Notes: generated from the letters alone by a model not told the origin. Positions 35,750 to 50,634 are shown, counted from the first letter of the whole stretch. The stretch: DNA of 63,985 bases, filler included, from Ionaspis alba (GCA_964255285.1; 4 parts of 4 records of this genome joined end to end with filler, not necessarily neighbours in it), one strand, 5' to 3'. Numbers and translations: made by a program.

Positions 35750-37409
35750 CTACATGGCGTCGTGCAACAGTTCCTTGAAATGACTCTTGAGCTGCTCAAC
35801 TTCCGAGTCAATGAGATCTTCGAGTTTATGTAGGGTGTCGGTCTTAAGGTCAACTTGCTTGCTTGATCTACCTTTGTTCACGATATCTGTGTAATTGGAA
35901 GATCCTCCTCCGTTCCAGGCAAGGATCTGGAGAATCAAGTCAGTAAAGAAGCTTACGGATGAAGGAAAGGGATTAACGTACGTTCTTGGTGTCGGAAGGC
36001 ACATTGGTGAGGGTGTTAGGTGTTGCGATTGAGAGTAAACTCTCCTTTAGCTTCTTGGGAGTGATATCTGCTACGGCGTAGGCTGAATCCTTAGACGGCT
36101 GCAAAGAGAGGAAATAGGCCAAAAGACCTGCAACATGGGGCGATGCCATGGAGGTACCAGAGATGACGTTGGTGGCATATTTGCTACCAATCCAGGTAGA
36201 CTTGATGTTGAGGCCGGGTGCGAAGATGTCGTTGCACTTTCCATAGTTAGAGAAATAAGCACGCTCATCAGCCAAGTTCGATGCTCCAACAGTGACAGCC
36301 TTGTCGGCGGCAGCTGGTGAGTAATTGCACGAGTCGGCATTGTCATTTCCAGCTGCGACAGCGAAATGGATACCCGCATCGACAGCGCCGTTAACGGCAA
36401 GATCAAGAGTGACTGACTTTCCACCTCCTAGACTCATGTTCGCGGCACTCCCTTTGAAGCCCTTCTTCTTGCCTTTCTTAGCCGCGTCAGCATTCTTGGT
36501 ATGGCTGACCGCAGCCCACTCGACACCCTTGACTACATCTGACATGGTGCCGGAGCCGTTTGACTTGAGGACCTTGACAGCGTAGATGTTGGCTTTCTTA
36601 GCGACACCGTATTTCTTGCCAGCAATAGTGCCGGAACAGTGAGTGCCGTGGCCGTTGCCATCTTTGTCTTCGTCGTGGGCAGGAATGGTCTTTCCCCAAT
36701 TGGCCCTACCTTCGAAGTCGACATGCTCAATATTTGTGCCAGTGTCGATGACGTATACATCCACACCTTCACCACCATCGGCAGAATATAGATACTTGTT
36801 GAAGGTACCGAAGCTTAGGCTGTTGCGGTGCGATATTCTGGCAAGCCCCCATGGAGCGTTCTTCTCGAGTTCACTATCCTCCAATGTGTGGACCTCGGAG
36901 TCCTTCTCAATCCAGGCGACCTGTCATATCCTCTAATTAGTATAGCAACAGAGTGTGTGAGTCTGGGGGTTGACATAGTTGAGCAATCACGTGCTAGTGT
37001 TTCAGAGAAGATAAGCGATCAATGCGGCGAAGCTTACATCTGGATGCCTGCGAACTTGCTCAATCACATCTTCATCGAAGTGTCCAGAGTAACCGAGAAG
37101 ATTACCAGCGATGTTGTATGTATGTCGTAGACCTGCGAAAACGTCGGGCATCAAGGGGATCTGAGACCGTTTCCGGAGCTCTGTCCTCGTATCCTCAGCC
37201 TTTAGATGCAAGTCCTGGACCCACTCATGATGAGCCGTGGCTTTAGCATGAGTTACGTCCTTCTTAAAGACGACCATGTAAGAGTTGGGGATCTCGATGG
37301 CGTTTGAGGATGAATGGATTGGGGCGACATCGTTGTGGATCGTTTGAACGAGGACCGGTGACGCAGAAGCCAACAGCGGCAATAGCGAGATGATGGAGAA
37401 GCCTTTCAT
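35750..37409 (-). CDS. PRB1: Vacuolar subtilisin-like serine protease (protease B / Alp2 / Spm1), 3 exons
   Basis: Signal peptide and I9 propeptide. Catalytic triad motifs YVIDTG, GHGTHCSG, SGTSMASPHVAG. KKGFKGSAANMSLGG. Confidence 0.93.
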
Positions 37410-38059
37410 GATGAAGGGATATGTTGCAGGCTGTAGTCGGTCAGACCATATAAGAGAAGAGGATACGACGAGAAATGTACAGTTCGAAGGTTGATGGAAG
37501 AGCAAGATAGCAGATGGTCTAATATGGGGCGATGATGCTGGTGCTTGCGGATGGCAGATGATAAGAGCGATGCAAGTGATCGGAATCACCCAGGCAGCAT
37601 GGCTTGGCGCGCTTAACAGCTTGGAGGCTGGTGCGCTAGTCCTCAGTCATGCTTAGCTTAGTGAGGCGGTGAATTCAACGGCCCGACACGGTGCAGATCC
37701 GGTTGGATAGTGAATCTAGCGCGGATCTTTCCGAAAGCTGACCACGTCGGTTGTGAAGCCTCGAGGGCGTTGGCAAGAAGTTCGACGCGTGAATTGCGCG
37801 AGTAGGGCTTCGGACCCTCACGAATGCACCCCAAATTCTTGTGCAGCCTAGGAAGAGAGCTCCGTCTTCGCGGGTGCTACGCAGAGAAGCAAACACCATG
37901 TTTAGCTCATACTTGCAACATTGGGTACCAAGGTGCACGAGACCTTGAGCCAATCTCGAGCCTTCGCAATCGAGCACAAGATTTTCCAAGACCTGGTGTT
38001 CTTGACTCTACCAACTGACTTTACATCTTCTAGAAGTCAATGAGATTTCGAACCTGGGC

Positions 38060-41000
38060 ATGGCGAATTCACGCAGCCGGGCCTCAACGGTCAGCTACTC
38101 CGAGTCTGAAGCTGCAAGTCTCGGTGGTCAGCTTAACAAACTGCGTTCGATGCTTGGGAAAGGCGGCGAGAGGCAGGCTGTCGACGGCACTGAGTCAAAG
38201 ATCAAGACAATCTCTTGCGTGCGCCAATTGATTACCAACAATCCAAACCCTAACCGGATTCGAGACGCCTTCCGCCATCAGGACGGGTTCCAATTATGTC
38301 TCGAATCACTACGGAGCTTTACCAAAGGTTTTGTGGAGACAAAGAAGGGTGCCGAGGCTATTCAAGAATGTTCAGAGCTATCTAGCAGCCTGCTTGGTCT
38401 GCTAACTGCGGCTCTACAAGATCACTGGGGAAATCGAAAATATTTCCGCAAACGCGTTGAGGGCGGAGGATGGATTGCACTGGAATCCATTCTGTCCGCA
38501 CAACTGCAAAAATGGGAGGAGAGTAGTGTTGACCCCGATGCTGCTCATACGCAATTGTTTGGGGCCTTTTTCGCATGTGCAATGGAGCGCGACTCGTTGA
38601 ACGATTTGTACCTCGAGCTGCGATCTCATCTTCGTGGGAGACCAGGACATGGAGAGGAACCGAAAGCAGATGCTCTACAAACATCACTTTCAGAAGACCA
38701 CAAAGACGCTGAAGCTTCGCGGCTTATAAACGCAGCTCTTGCCTTTCAGCCTCTTCTTCATAACCCAGAGATAATTCCATTGGCTGTGAAGCTATGGCTT
38801 CATGTTTCTCGAAGCACATCTACATCAGGGCGAGAGGCTCAGAATGGTTTGTACTTTTTACCAGAAGTTGTCAATCGTGTGATAGAAATTTCAACGCACA
38901 ATCTACTGGCTTTGCATAGTTCCGGCTTACTTCGTGTAATATTTGCTACATTTGACGACACATCTTTGAGCCTATATCATAGATTCTGGCTTCATAGACT
39001 GGCACTCGCTCTTCTGAAATTTGGTATCAATGAACTCGATGACGCTCATTTTCTGTACTCGACTGCTGCGTCCTCGCCTGAGGTGGCCGAGCTTCTCCGA
39101 GGTGCTCTCGAACATGACAAGACGCCGCCTTTCCTTCATTTCGATCTTGCTTTACATGGGTTTGCCTCAATCGAATTGTCCGATATTGGACGTACATTCC
39201 CTCCAGCATCAGGAGCCGGGTACACATTATCGATGTGGCTTCAAGTTGTTCACTTTGATCCGGACTCACATACCACGATTTTCGGGGCATTTGACTCGAG
39301 TCAGACGTGTTTTATCCTCGTCTATTTGGAAAAAGACACGCACAATCTAATCCTTCAGACGTCTGTCACTTCATCAAGGCCCAGTGTCCGCTTTAAGTCA
39401 TTTGTGTTTGAGGCCAATCGATGGTATCATCTTTGCCTCATACACAAGCGACCAAAATCAACAGCTTCATCCAGAGCGTCCCTTTTTATTGACGGAGAAT
39501 TTGTGGAGCAGATTAAGGCTCATTATCCGTCAAGCCCACCGCCAGCCGGTCCTAGTACTGATATTGCTGGCATTCTCTCTCCAGGGCGAAGGCATAAACC
39601 TGTTCAAGTATTTCTGGGCACACCACAGGATCTGGCGTCGAAAATTGGAAAGGGGCTGGTTCTGTCTCAGTGGAGAGTAGCCTCGGCTCATCTCTTCAAC
39701 GACGCCCTCAGCGACGACCTAATCGCTGTCCACAAGCAACTTGGACCTATATATCATGGAAATTACCAAGACTGTCTTGGATCCTTCCAGACCTATGAGG
39801 CATCGGCGGCTCTGAATCTTCGGAATGAAAGCCTCCATCCTGGTAAAGAAGAAAAGTCCGAGATCGTTGCGGCAATACGATCAAAAGCCAGCGGCATCTT
39901 GCCCGAGCATAAAATCATTCTCAACTTCTCACCCACTGGCGTCATTGTCGACGAAGAGCAGAGTATTGTACTTGAGGCGCAGCTAATCAAGTCGCTTTCA
40001 AAATCGGCAGCTAAGAACTTACGTGCTTTGACTCGTGGAGGTCGCACTGCTATTGTCATCAATGGTGCAATTCCATCCATCAATGAGGCACTACTTCATC
40101 CCCACGGAGTTGCTGTTCTTACTGGAGACCCTGCCGTTGTCGTCCCGCAAAGGCTAGACGATGCGGCCTGGCGAATAGGAGGTTGTGCTTCCGTTGGATT
40201 GGCATTGGTCGAAGCCGCTCAGGGTCGAGAAGCAATCGTCCGTGCTCTCGATATCTTGTTTGCAAGTATCAGAGATAGTTGGCGCAACAGCGAGGCTATG
40301 GAACGAGAGAACGGATTCGGAGTCTTGGCTAGTCTGCTCACAGAGAAGCTCGGAGGAGAGATTCACGAAGCTACAACAAGCAGAACACAGGCTATCGCTC
40401 AAACGGAAGAGGATCGCGAGACTCTTACATTCGAGGTTCTGTCACTTATTTTGCAATTCATTGGTTACAGAAAAGAAAGCCTTGCAGATTCTGTAATCAA
40501 CAATCCACTGGCATATCGAATTCTGATAGTCGACCTGGACATATGGCGGAGATCTCCGTCTTCGGTCCAGAAGCTGTACTACGAGCAGTTTGTCACCTTT
40601 GGCGCTGGCAGCAAACATCGTAACTTCAATGCTAAAAGGCTTGCTCGAATGCGTGAGTTTTGATGCATTCACTCCTATGTTCCTCACTAATGGTCATGGT
40701 ATAGGTATCACGAAGAAATGGCTTGAAGCATTGAAAGGAGACGTGTTCTACCCAGAAACGTTCGGCTACATGATCCCAGCATTCCAATCGCTTCTGGGTA
40801 CGACGCTGTCCGCAGAATCGTTGCGGTCGTTGGCCTTATATGTCACATTCGCGGTCCACAGACCCAAGGAAAATGATCATTATCTCCTTCGTTCCGCAAA
40901 GAGTGTGAGAAGACCTCAGCAACCATCACATGGACCAGTGCGAAGATCTACGAACTCCTCAACTTCTCCTGCTCCGCATCACAATGGCACACCTCGAGCG

Positions 41001-44000
41001 ATGACACGACTGGAAACTGGTATTAAAATCCTGAGCATGTATACGGATTTACTCTGCGGTAAAGATACGACAAATATCAAGAAATTTGCCAGGACCGTGA
41101 CAAATAAGGTATTGTGTTCGCGTTCCAAGCTGGACAGGTATTCTAACAACCGCAGTGGCTGCTCCATCTTCTGGCCGATGAAAGTCCTTCTGTAGTGGTT
41201 CTGACCATGAAAATACTAGCACGCGTATTGGTTGTCAATGGATCAAGCTATGTTGACAAATTTTCAGACAAGACAGGTGGGTTCGTGATTATGCGATACC
41301 GGCTCAGGCGCTGGTGGAATATAACGACCTTGTGGCCCATTTGCTTTGCGATTCTTTTCGGCCATGACGTTGCTACCATAGAGTTCGATCGACCCTTCGG
41401 CCTATATAGCTTGGTAGAGACTTTTAATCCAGGACCAGAAACGAAAGCTGTCTACTCAGGAATTCTTCCAGTCATAGTGGCGATGCTACAAAACGGTCTC
41501 AAAACCATCACCAAGGATCAGCAAGATCCGGAGTCTCCATCTGATGACAGAGTCAACGGCAATCGCAACCCTGGAGAAAGCGCAACTCGTCTTACGGGTC
41601 ACATTCGAAAGCGCTCCATGTCACTACACACGGAAGTCGTGTCAATGAGTAAGTCTCTCCGCTTTAACATGCTTCAAAGGGGTCTGACACGTTTGCAGAG
41701 GCTCCGAAATCGCCTGCTGAGCGCCTCGACGAATCGGCGAAGACTGTACAAACGGTGATTCGCTTCTTAGCTGACATGCATTCCAACGCCCAAGGCTTCC
41801 GTGACTTTTCCATCAGCACGCCATATGTTCAAGAATTGCTGTTTCTGTTGTTTCCTCTCATTGTCAGCTCTGACATTGTCAGTCCCGAAACTGAGCTGAA
41901 TTCGCGGGACTCGTCATTGACATTCAACGGCCACGATGTTGTCATCAGACCACTGTCACAAAACTCGATGAGGACCACACCAATTGTTCGAACGACGTCT
42001 GTGGAGACATCCTCGAGTCCTCAAGCTCTGAAAGCTCAGCCTCTGAAACGCGGGTCCTCATATATCCTGGTCACTTCTGAGCAATCACCATTCCAACCGT
42101 CATCGGCAAAACTACACCCTGTCATAACACCAAAAGACAAAGCTGGCTCGTCGTTGACGGCGAGCAATTCCCTGATCGAGGAAGTCTTAGAACTCATTAT
42201 AGCTGTGTTCTCCGATCAGGTCCTAGCAAGGAAAGACTTTCCAGGTATCGGTCTGTTCATGAAAGTTCCTCCTGGATTCCAGGAGCACCAGGCTTATTTT
42301 GAATCTTTCATCCTTCGAAATACCGTCTCGAGCCTAGATAATACTATTCGGCTGAACCAGAAGCTCCTGTGGGAGCCTAGGGTGCTAACCAACCTAGCAC
42401 GTTTTGCTACACATCTAGGCGAAGCTGTATACGAAGGATGGTTCATCGATGGCGCAGATGTTGTGCTTGACTTTCTAGGCGGCCTTCTCGAACACCTTCA
42501 GAGACCGGACATACAGCAGTTGAAAAGCGTTAGGTTATGTAGCGAGATCATCTCGAGCATAAGGACTGTTGTGTGTCGTGTCGTTCTCTTACGCTTATCG
42601 GAGCCTCATGACTCCCAAACTGAGCCCAATACTGTGGCTTTACTGAAAAAGATCACTTACTGGCAGACCGTTCTTTTTGCTCCAGGTGCTGCGCAAGAGG
42701 ACTTCTTGAAGTTGCTGTGCTATCTATTGTATACAAAGCTCATGAGCCCATACGAGGTAGTCAGAGACGCATCAGTGGATCTCTGGCGAACGCTGTTAGT
42801 ACAAAGCACTGACGAGGCCTCAGGAGCTTTGTTTCGAATGATGAATGTTGACCACAAGCATCTTGCTCACGGATTTGAGAAGATTCTGGAGCTAGACAAC
42901 GCGACGTTCTTGGAATGGATCGATGATCATCGTGTAGATCTTGATGCAATCTTTCTCGGTGGACTCGCAAGTTTTTGGGAAGATTTTGTTACGGGAGAAA
43001 ATCGCAAGACTGAAGAGTCGGCTAAAGCAAGGATTGCCAAGAGGCAAGAGAAATTGAAGACGTGGGTCTCGGACGATGTTCTGAAAGAAGATATCATTCG
43101 CCGCCACGAAATCAGCTCAGATCACTGGAGATCAAATATCTACGCATCAGAACAATCGAAGCTCCAACGAGCCAACCAAGACCAGCAAGACAGTCTCAAC
43201 TTCAATATATCGTGTTGGAAGACCATGAAAGAACATCTCCATCGGCCTTGCGGTGTGTTTGATGATGTGGTTGTACTCAAGTGGCAGTTGGACCAGACCG
43301 AAGGACGAAACAGAATGAGACTACGGATGGTTCCTGACAAGAACGCCCATTTGTACAAGTATCAAGCTAAATCATCGTCATCGCGGACTCAGCGACCGCA
43401 CAGGGCTACCCTCAGCATTCCAAACACCCCTGAGCGATCAAACACGCCTCTTGCACGATCTCCAGTGAACGGCGATGTGGAGCCAACTAATCTGCCCAAC
43501 TTGCCTTCTGTGCTTACAAGAGCTTCCACCGATCTCGAACAAAGGGCTGAGGCTGAGGATGGATTCGAAATGGTTGATGACCCATCCGAGGGCGACGATG
43601 GTTTCGAAGACAAAAATCGTAAAGTTATGAGAAGTCTTCGGCGCGGTGACCAAGTCGAGCATGTCCACAATATCTCACGCATCATTGGACTCGAAGCCTG
43701 CGAAGGTCTTCTCATCATTGGCAAGAGCGCTCTTTACCTGCTCGATAATTTCTTTCAGCGTTCAGACGGGGAAATTGTTGATGTTTGGCATGCTCCACAA
43801 GAAGAAAGAGATTCATACATGCAGATGATTTCTGGTCATGAAGTTGGAGATCGTAATAGTAGACCGTCAAATACTTCGCACGATACGCGAAGCTGGCTCT
43901 GGGAAGACGTTCTTAGCATCTCTAAACGCCGATTCCTTTTCCGTGATGTTGCAATCGAAGTTTTCTTCGTTGATGGTCGGAGCTACTTACTAACCATTGC

Positions 44001-46146
44001 GTCTCCCAAGCTTCGAGATGAGCTTTATCAGAACCTGTTCGCCAAGGCACAAACTCCTCCAACCACTTCTACCGCTGCAAACACCGAAGATCTATGGCGG
44101 ATCGAATCTCTAAGGACACCTGAGGACAGCCCACAAACCTTTGGCTCTAGGCTGACCAGCGTGTTTGCTAGTGGACTGTCAAGTCCTGCTACTAAGAAGT
44201 GGCTGAAAGGTGAAATGTCAAACTTCCACTACCTGATGCTTATCAATACTATGGCTGGCCGGACATTCAATGATTTGACGCAATATCCTGTTTTCCCATG
44301 GGTACTTGCAGACTACACGAGTGAAGAGCTCGACTTGACGGATCCTAAGAGTTTTAGGGACTTGACCAAACCAATGGGCTGCCAGAATTTGGAGAGGCAA
44401 GCCGAATTCCGAGAAAGATACCAGTCATTCGCAGAAATGGGTGACCACAATTCACCTCCTTTCCACTATGGGACACACTACTCTTCAGCAATGATAGTGA
44501 CGTCCTATCTCATTCGCTTGCAACCGTTCGTTCAGTCCTATCTGCTTCTGCAAGGTGGAAATTTTGATCATCCCGATCGTCTTTTCTACTCGATTGAGAA
44601 AGCCTGGGCGTCTGCGTCGCGGGACAACATGACAGATGTTCGAGAACTGATCCCAGAATTTTATTATCTACCTGAGTTTTTGAGAAATGGTAACGGCTAT
44701 GACTTTGGCTCTAGGCAGGGAGAAGGAGGTGCAATCGACAACGTTGAACTGCCTCCATGGGCGAAGGGAGATCCAAAAGTCTTCGTCACGAAGCATCGTG
44801 AGGCACTGGAGAGCGAACACGTCAGTAAGCATCTCCACCAATGGATCGACCTGATCTTTGGACACAAGCAACGAGGAGAAGCAGCTCTGGAAGCTACTAA
44901 TGTGTTTCACCACTTGTCGTACCGTGGCGCAAAAAACCTCGATGAGATCAATGACCCTGTCGAAAGGCTTGCAACGATTGGTATCATTCATAACTTTGGG
45001 CAGACTCCGCATCAGGTCTTCCAACGTGCACATCCACAGCGGGAGGACTCAAAGCAAAGATTGAAGAGATTGGATACTTTGGCCAACACGCTGACACGGT
45101 TACCGTTCCCGCTACTGGAGACTCAAGATCGCATTGCTTCTTTGCTCTACTCGGCGAAGCATGATAGACTGATGTGCTCTGGTGCCTTTCGTCTTAATAT
45201 GCCACCTACCTATGATAAGCACATGGAGTGGGGTTTCATCGACGGTAGTGTCCGGTTCTACTCTGCTGACGGCAATAAGCTCATTGGACTTTTCGAGCAT
45301 ATACATCAAGGTCAGCTTTCTTGTGTAAAGTTTGCGGACTCGCGGACCCTCGTCACTGCCGGAACGGACTGTACCATATCAGTATGGCAGGTCACAAACA
45401 CTGCTAAGTCTGTCGACCTGACTCCTCGTGGATGTCTCTTTGGTCACAGGACATCAGTCACGACGATTGCCGGCTCAAGATCTTTTAGTACCCTGCTTTC
45501 AGCGTCATCGGATGGCCAGATCCTTCTCTGGGATCTTAATCGCTTAGAACTAATCCGCAAGCTTGCTAAAGGAATGCCCGTCGAGGTAAATCTTGTCTAA
45601 CAGGCCCTAGCGCAGCAAGTACTGACACTCTGCAGTGTGCCAAAATAAATGATGTAACAGGAACTATCATGCTTTGTCGTGGCCGTGAGGTAGCGCTGTT
45701 CACACTCAACGGAGAACCTCTTCTTGAGCAACACGTCTGTGTCGAGGGTGATGATATGGTCACATCATGTGCTTTCTATGAGGGGTCTGGGAATGAGTAC
45801 TTGGAGCAGAATCTCATTTTCACGGGCCACAAGCGTGGAGTTGTCAATGTCGGTGTCTCCTTCCCTTATCTCGTGATGGGGAACAAGCTAAATGTCGATA
45901 GATTTGGAACTTAGCTATACACGATGGCAGATTTGCTTTGGACCATGTCAAGCGGATGAACCACATGGATACGGCAGGGTTTAATGTAAGCGCTGCTATA
46001 TCGTGCATACTTCCGATGGCGCAGACCGTGTATACTGGAGATGATGATGGCCGAGTCGTAAGTCTAGCCAACCTCCTCACGACATGCCAGTGCTGATCAA
46101 TCCACAGTATGAATGGGATTGTATACAAAGGCATGACGGGCGCTAG
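38060..46146 (+). CDS. BPH1: Beige/BEACH domain protein (ConA-like, PH-BEACH, WD40), about 7 exons
   Basis: MSNFHYLMLINTMAGRTFNDLTQYPVFPWV, HYGTHYSS, DVRELIPEFYY, LPPWAKGDP, WIDLIFG, NFGQTPHQ, followed by WD repeats. Canonical introns join ORFs 38060, 40590, 41195, 41755 and 45669. Confidence 0.9.
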
Positions 46147-46961
46147 GAATCTGGAAATCAAGAGGTGTGGAATAGCTCTTCGGCGTAATTGTTACTATAT
46201 TTCAACGCGCTTTGACTTAAAAGTCTGTCTCTGGTTGTTACTTAAAGGATATAAAAGGGATGGATTAGATCTCGACAACTTGCATCAATGGCGTTACAAA
46301 TCTCCTATATATTCATAAATGCAAATAGCTTTCCGAGACCTGATCTGTATGTACGCTCCCTAGATTGATCTACGCACGCACTCAGTAGCCCGGAGTATCC
46401 CTGCTTTACCCCGGATTTGCTAGTGTTGCTGTAAGCGAACCTCCAATACCACACCAAGTACCGCTGGAAGTCTAAGTATTTTTGAAGCCAAGGTATGTCT
46501 ACTTGAATCCCCTCACCAAAAGCTCCTTACTCGCTTCCCTCAGGAGACTAGACAGCTAAGATCAATTGTATAGGTTCACAGCTCAATCCTCAATACCCCA
46601 GACCACAAGAATCGTCGTGATTGGTATCCCCTCTGGTTTTCGAGTACTCGAGACGTAAAGAGCCTATCGTTTACAAAGGTACGACGGCTCAGACTTCTCA
46701 CACGGGACTTCGTCGCTGTAACTCGGGCTTCTTAGACAAATATTTGAAGGGCTGTCTTGCTGCGCTCGAAATGCTCTCTTGCTTCGACCCTCACCAGCAA
46801 CATACTGATTGACTCCGTACAATAAGTGTCGGCTGGCGATGTATCGGACTCTGGCTGATATTGAGCGCCCCACTAGATCCGCATACGCGCCGCATCCAGA
46901 GACCAAATCCCCACGTTCTGCCAGCATCAGACTCAAAGAGTCTGCAGAAACATCCTACATC

Positions 46962-49782
46962 ATGCCTACCTTTCAAGCTGTTGTCAAGGCAGCTCTATCC
47001 GGAGACACGGTGGTCTTGCATGCGGTGAATAATCCGAGTCAAGAGAGAATACTGAACTTGGCTGCGGTTACTGCTCCACGGCTCCGGCGTGAAGGGGAAG
47101 AAGTAAGTGTCAATCGCTTTACCCCGGCCAGTTAGTTCACAAAATAATCCTTGTCGATGAGGACGGTCTCCAGAGCCTTTGCAGCAGTGGTTGACACGTT
47201 TTACAGCCATTTGCTTACGCTTCGCGGGAATACCTGATTCGTGCACTCCTCGGCAAGACCGTACAGTTCCAAGTACTCTACAATGGCTCTACAGGAGCCA
47301 AACCACGGGAGTATGGCACCGTCACCACGTCAGACAAGATCATGTATCCGCCAGCAGCTGTCGCGGAAGGGTGGCTAAAGGTAAAAGAAGACCCTGGGAC
47401 AATCGAAAGCATGAAAGACCATAAGCACATTCTGGACACAATGGAGCAGGACCAAGCAAAGGCGAAGGCGGATTCCAGAGGCTTATGGTCTACTGAGGGC
47501 GGCCGGGTCGAGTGCCAGTACGAGATCTCAGATCCAAACGCCTTTGTGGAGAAATATAAGGGCAAGGCTATTGAGGCTTCGGTCGAGCGAGTCCTGACTG
47601 GTGATCGCATGATTGTCAGGCTGAAAGTGGAACCAACCCAGCATGTCCAGACTATGGCCCTTGTGGCTGGAATTCGTGCACCATCAACAAAGCGCACACT
47701 GCCAGATGGAAAGGAACAACCAGCAGAACCCCACGGCCAAGAGGCGCAATCCTTCTTGGAAGCTCGAATGCACCAACGACCTGTGATTGTTGAGATCCTG
47801 GGCACCAGTCCCCAAGGTCAACTTGTTTGCAATATCAAGCACACGAAACAGGGCAACATCGCAATACACCTACTGAAGGCGGGTCTAGCACGTTGTACTG
47901 ATCATCAATCCACCATGCTTGGTGCGGAAATGGCCCAGTTCAGACAAGCCGAGAAAGAAGCGAAAGAGAAGAAAATGGGTCTCTTCAAGGGCCATATTTC
48001 AGTCAAAGCTGCGGCCGACGTTGAAGTCACAGTGACTAGGGTACAAACTGCAGACACTATATATACACGAAGCAAATCTGAAGGTGAGAAGCGGATGAAT
48101 CTGAGCAGCATTCGACAGCCAAAGCCGTCGGATCCTAAGCAGGCACCTTTCCAAGCTGAGGCGAAGGAGTTCTTGAGAAAGAGACTTATTGGCAAGCATG
48201 TTCGGATCACCGTCGACGGGAAGAAAGCTGCTTCAGAGGGTTTCGAAGAGCGAGACGTCGTCACGGTCATGCAAAACAACAAGAACATAGCACTGCTCTT
48301 AGTTGAGTCTGGCTATGCTTCCGTCATCAGACATCGACGTGATGATGGTAAGTAATCGAATCTGGCTCCTTCACCACCAACGGCGGGACTAACATATATG
48401 TAGAGGATCGAAGTCCCCACTACGATGAGCTTCTTGCCGCGGAGGAGGTCGCAATGAAGGAGGAGAAGGGAATGTGGTCGCCAAAGCCTCCAGCGACAAA
48501 GAATTACCAAGACTACTCTGAATCACTGCAAAAAGCAAAGGTACAAGCGTCCGTGCTACAGCGGCAAAAGAGAGTGCCTGCTGTAGTAGATTTTGTCAAG
48601 GGTGCTTCACGCTTTACTGTCCTTATTCCACGAGAGAATGCCAAGCTCACCTTCGTACTATCCTGCATCCGAGCACCACGCTCAGCGAGGAATGCGTCCG
48701 AGTCATCGGAACCCTTCGGTCAAGAAGCCCACGACTTTGCCAACCGTCGATGCATGCAGCGAGATGTTGAAATAGACGTCGAAGGTACTGACAAAGTAGG
48801 TGGCTTCATTGGTAGCCTCTACGTCAATCGCGAGAACTTTGCCAAGTTGTTACTAGAAGAAGGACTAGCGACTGTCCATGCCTACTCCGCCGAGCAATCC
48901 AGCAATGGGCCAGAGCTTTTTGCTGCTGAAAAACGAGCCAAGGACGCTCGTAAAGGTGTATGGAACGACTACGATCCCAGCAAAGAAGCAGAAGACGAGT
49001 CCGCCTCCGAACCTGCCTCAACAAATGGTACGCAAACTAATGGTGATGCTCCGTCTGCCCCTCGTAAACTCGACTATCGCGAAGTCTGCATCACACACGT
49101 CGATCCCGCGACGCTGCGGTTGAAACTCCAGCTCATTGGTCCTGGTACCGTTGCTCTCACTGACCTAATGGCCCGTTTTCGCACTCACCACCTTTCCTCA
49201 TCCTCCAATACCCCTCTACCTACTCCACCGAAAGCCGGCGACTACGTATCCGCCAAGTTCTCCGAGGACAACACCTGGTACCGAGCCCGCATCCGGCGGA
49301 ACGACCGCGAAGCCAAAACCTCCGAGATCGTCTACATCGATTACGGCAACGAAGAAAAGCTCTCTTGGTCACAGCTGCGGCCACTACCCGCCCAGTTCTC
49401 GACACAGACACTAAGACCACAAGCACAAGACGCGATCCTCGCGTTCTGCCAGTTCTCCACAAATAGCGAGTACATCGCCGACGCGTACTCCTTCCTTGCG
49501 GAACATGCTGCGGGCAGGGAAATGGTGGCGAATGTCGAGGCGACGGATGCGAAGGATAACGGGGTTATGTATGTGACGCTCTTCGAGAAGGACCTGGCGA
49601 AGGGTGCGCATGAGAGTTTCAATGCGGATGTGATTGGGGAGGGCTTGGCGATGGTGCCGAGGAAGTTGAAGAGCTGGGAGAAGGCGGCGCCGGATGTGCT
49701 GAAGGGGTTGGCCGTGCGGGAGAAGGAGGCGAGGGAGGGGAAAAAGGGGGTCTGGGAGTATGGGGATTTGTCGGAGGATTAG
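46962..49782 (+). CDS. SND1: Tudor staphylococcal nuclease (Tudor-SN), 3 exons
   Basis: Repeated SN domains (VKAALSGDTV, VERVLTGDR, VTRVQTADT, VVDFVKGASRF), Tudor domain (AKFSEDNTWYRARI...YIDYGNEE), C-terminal GVWEYGD. Confidence 0.93.
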
Positions 49783-49806
49783 TGCACTTCGTGAGGAGAT
49801 GTAAGA

Positions 49807-49906
49807 NNNNNNNNNNNNNNNNNNNNNNNNNNNNNNNNNNNNNNNNNNNNTTAATTAATTAANNNNNNNNNNNNNNNNNNNNNNNNNNNNNNNNNNNNNN
49901 NNNNNN
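49807..49906. other. Assembly spacer with six-frame stop linker
   Basis: 44N-TTAATTAATTAA-44N. Confidence 0.97.
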
Positions 49907-50634
49907 AGCACAAATTCCCTACCCACCCTCGTGCGTTCGACGGACTCTACACCTCGGGACTTCCATCCACACCCTCCACAAACTACTCCAGATCCAACTC
50001 CTCACATTCCAGCACCCATCCCACTCCCGCTCTCGTCCTCCCCCGCTCCCGCCTTCTCGTTTCCCTCTCCCCCATCAACCCTCCCATCCACGCCCTCAAC
50101 GAAGTCCTCCTTCACCGCGGCTCTTCACCACATCTCACGCACATCTCGATAGCTGTCAACGGCCACCCGTTGACGACTTTCATCGGCGATGGTATTCTTG
50201 TCTCTACGCCTACGGGCAGCACCGCCTACGCGCTCTCGGCCGGAGGGTCCATCATTCATCCCTTGGTGCCTGGACTACTGCTTACGCCTGTGTGCCCCAG
50301 GAGTTTGAGTTTCCGGCCGTTGGTGCTACCAGCGGGAGTGGAGATAAAATTGGGGCTTGGTGGCCGGGGTGAGGGAGAGGTCAGTGTTGATGGGGTGCGG
50401 TTGCGTGGCAAGTCTGGGCCAGGTGGGGATGAGGATGCAGATGGTATGTGGCGGGTTGGGAGGGAGATTACCATTAAGGGTGAGGTGGCAGAAAAGGATG
50501 AGCATGGAAAGGTGCGTGAGAAAGGGTGGGGCGTACCTGTCGTCGTTGACGCGGAAAGGGGAGGGGATGGCGGATGGGTTGGGGGCTTAAATGGGTTGTT
50601 GAAGTTCAATTATCCTTTCGGAGAAGACGGGTAG
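49907..50634 (+). CDS. POS5: 3' fragment of NAD(H) kinase, Pos5-like
   Basis: ALNEVLLHRG, GDGILVSTPTGSTAYALSAGGSI, TPVCPRSLSFRPLVLP, WVGGLNGLLKFNYPF. 5' part lost at the spacer. Confidence 0.85.

Noticed and set aside
37824..38059. Possible extra 5' coding exon of the BEACH gene
   Set aside because: An acceptor exists near 38033, but the donor and start choice are ambiguous. It may be a 5' UTR intron.
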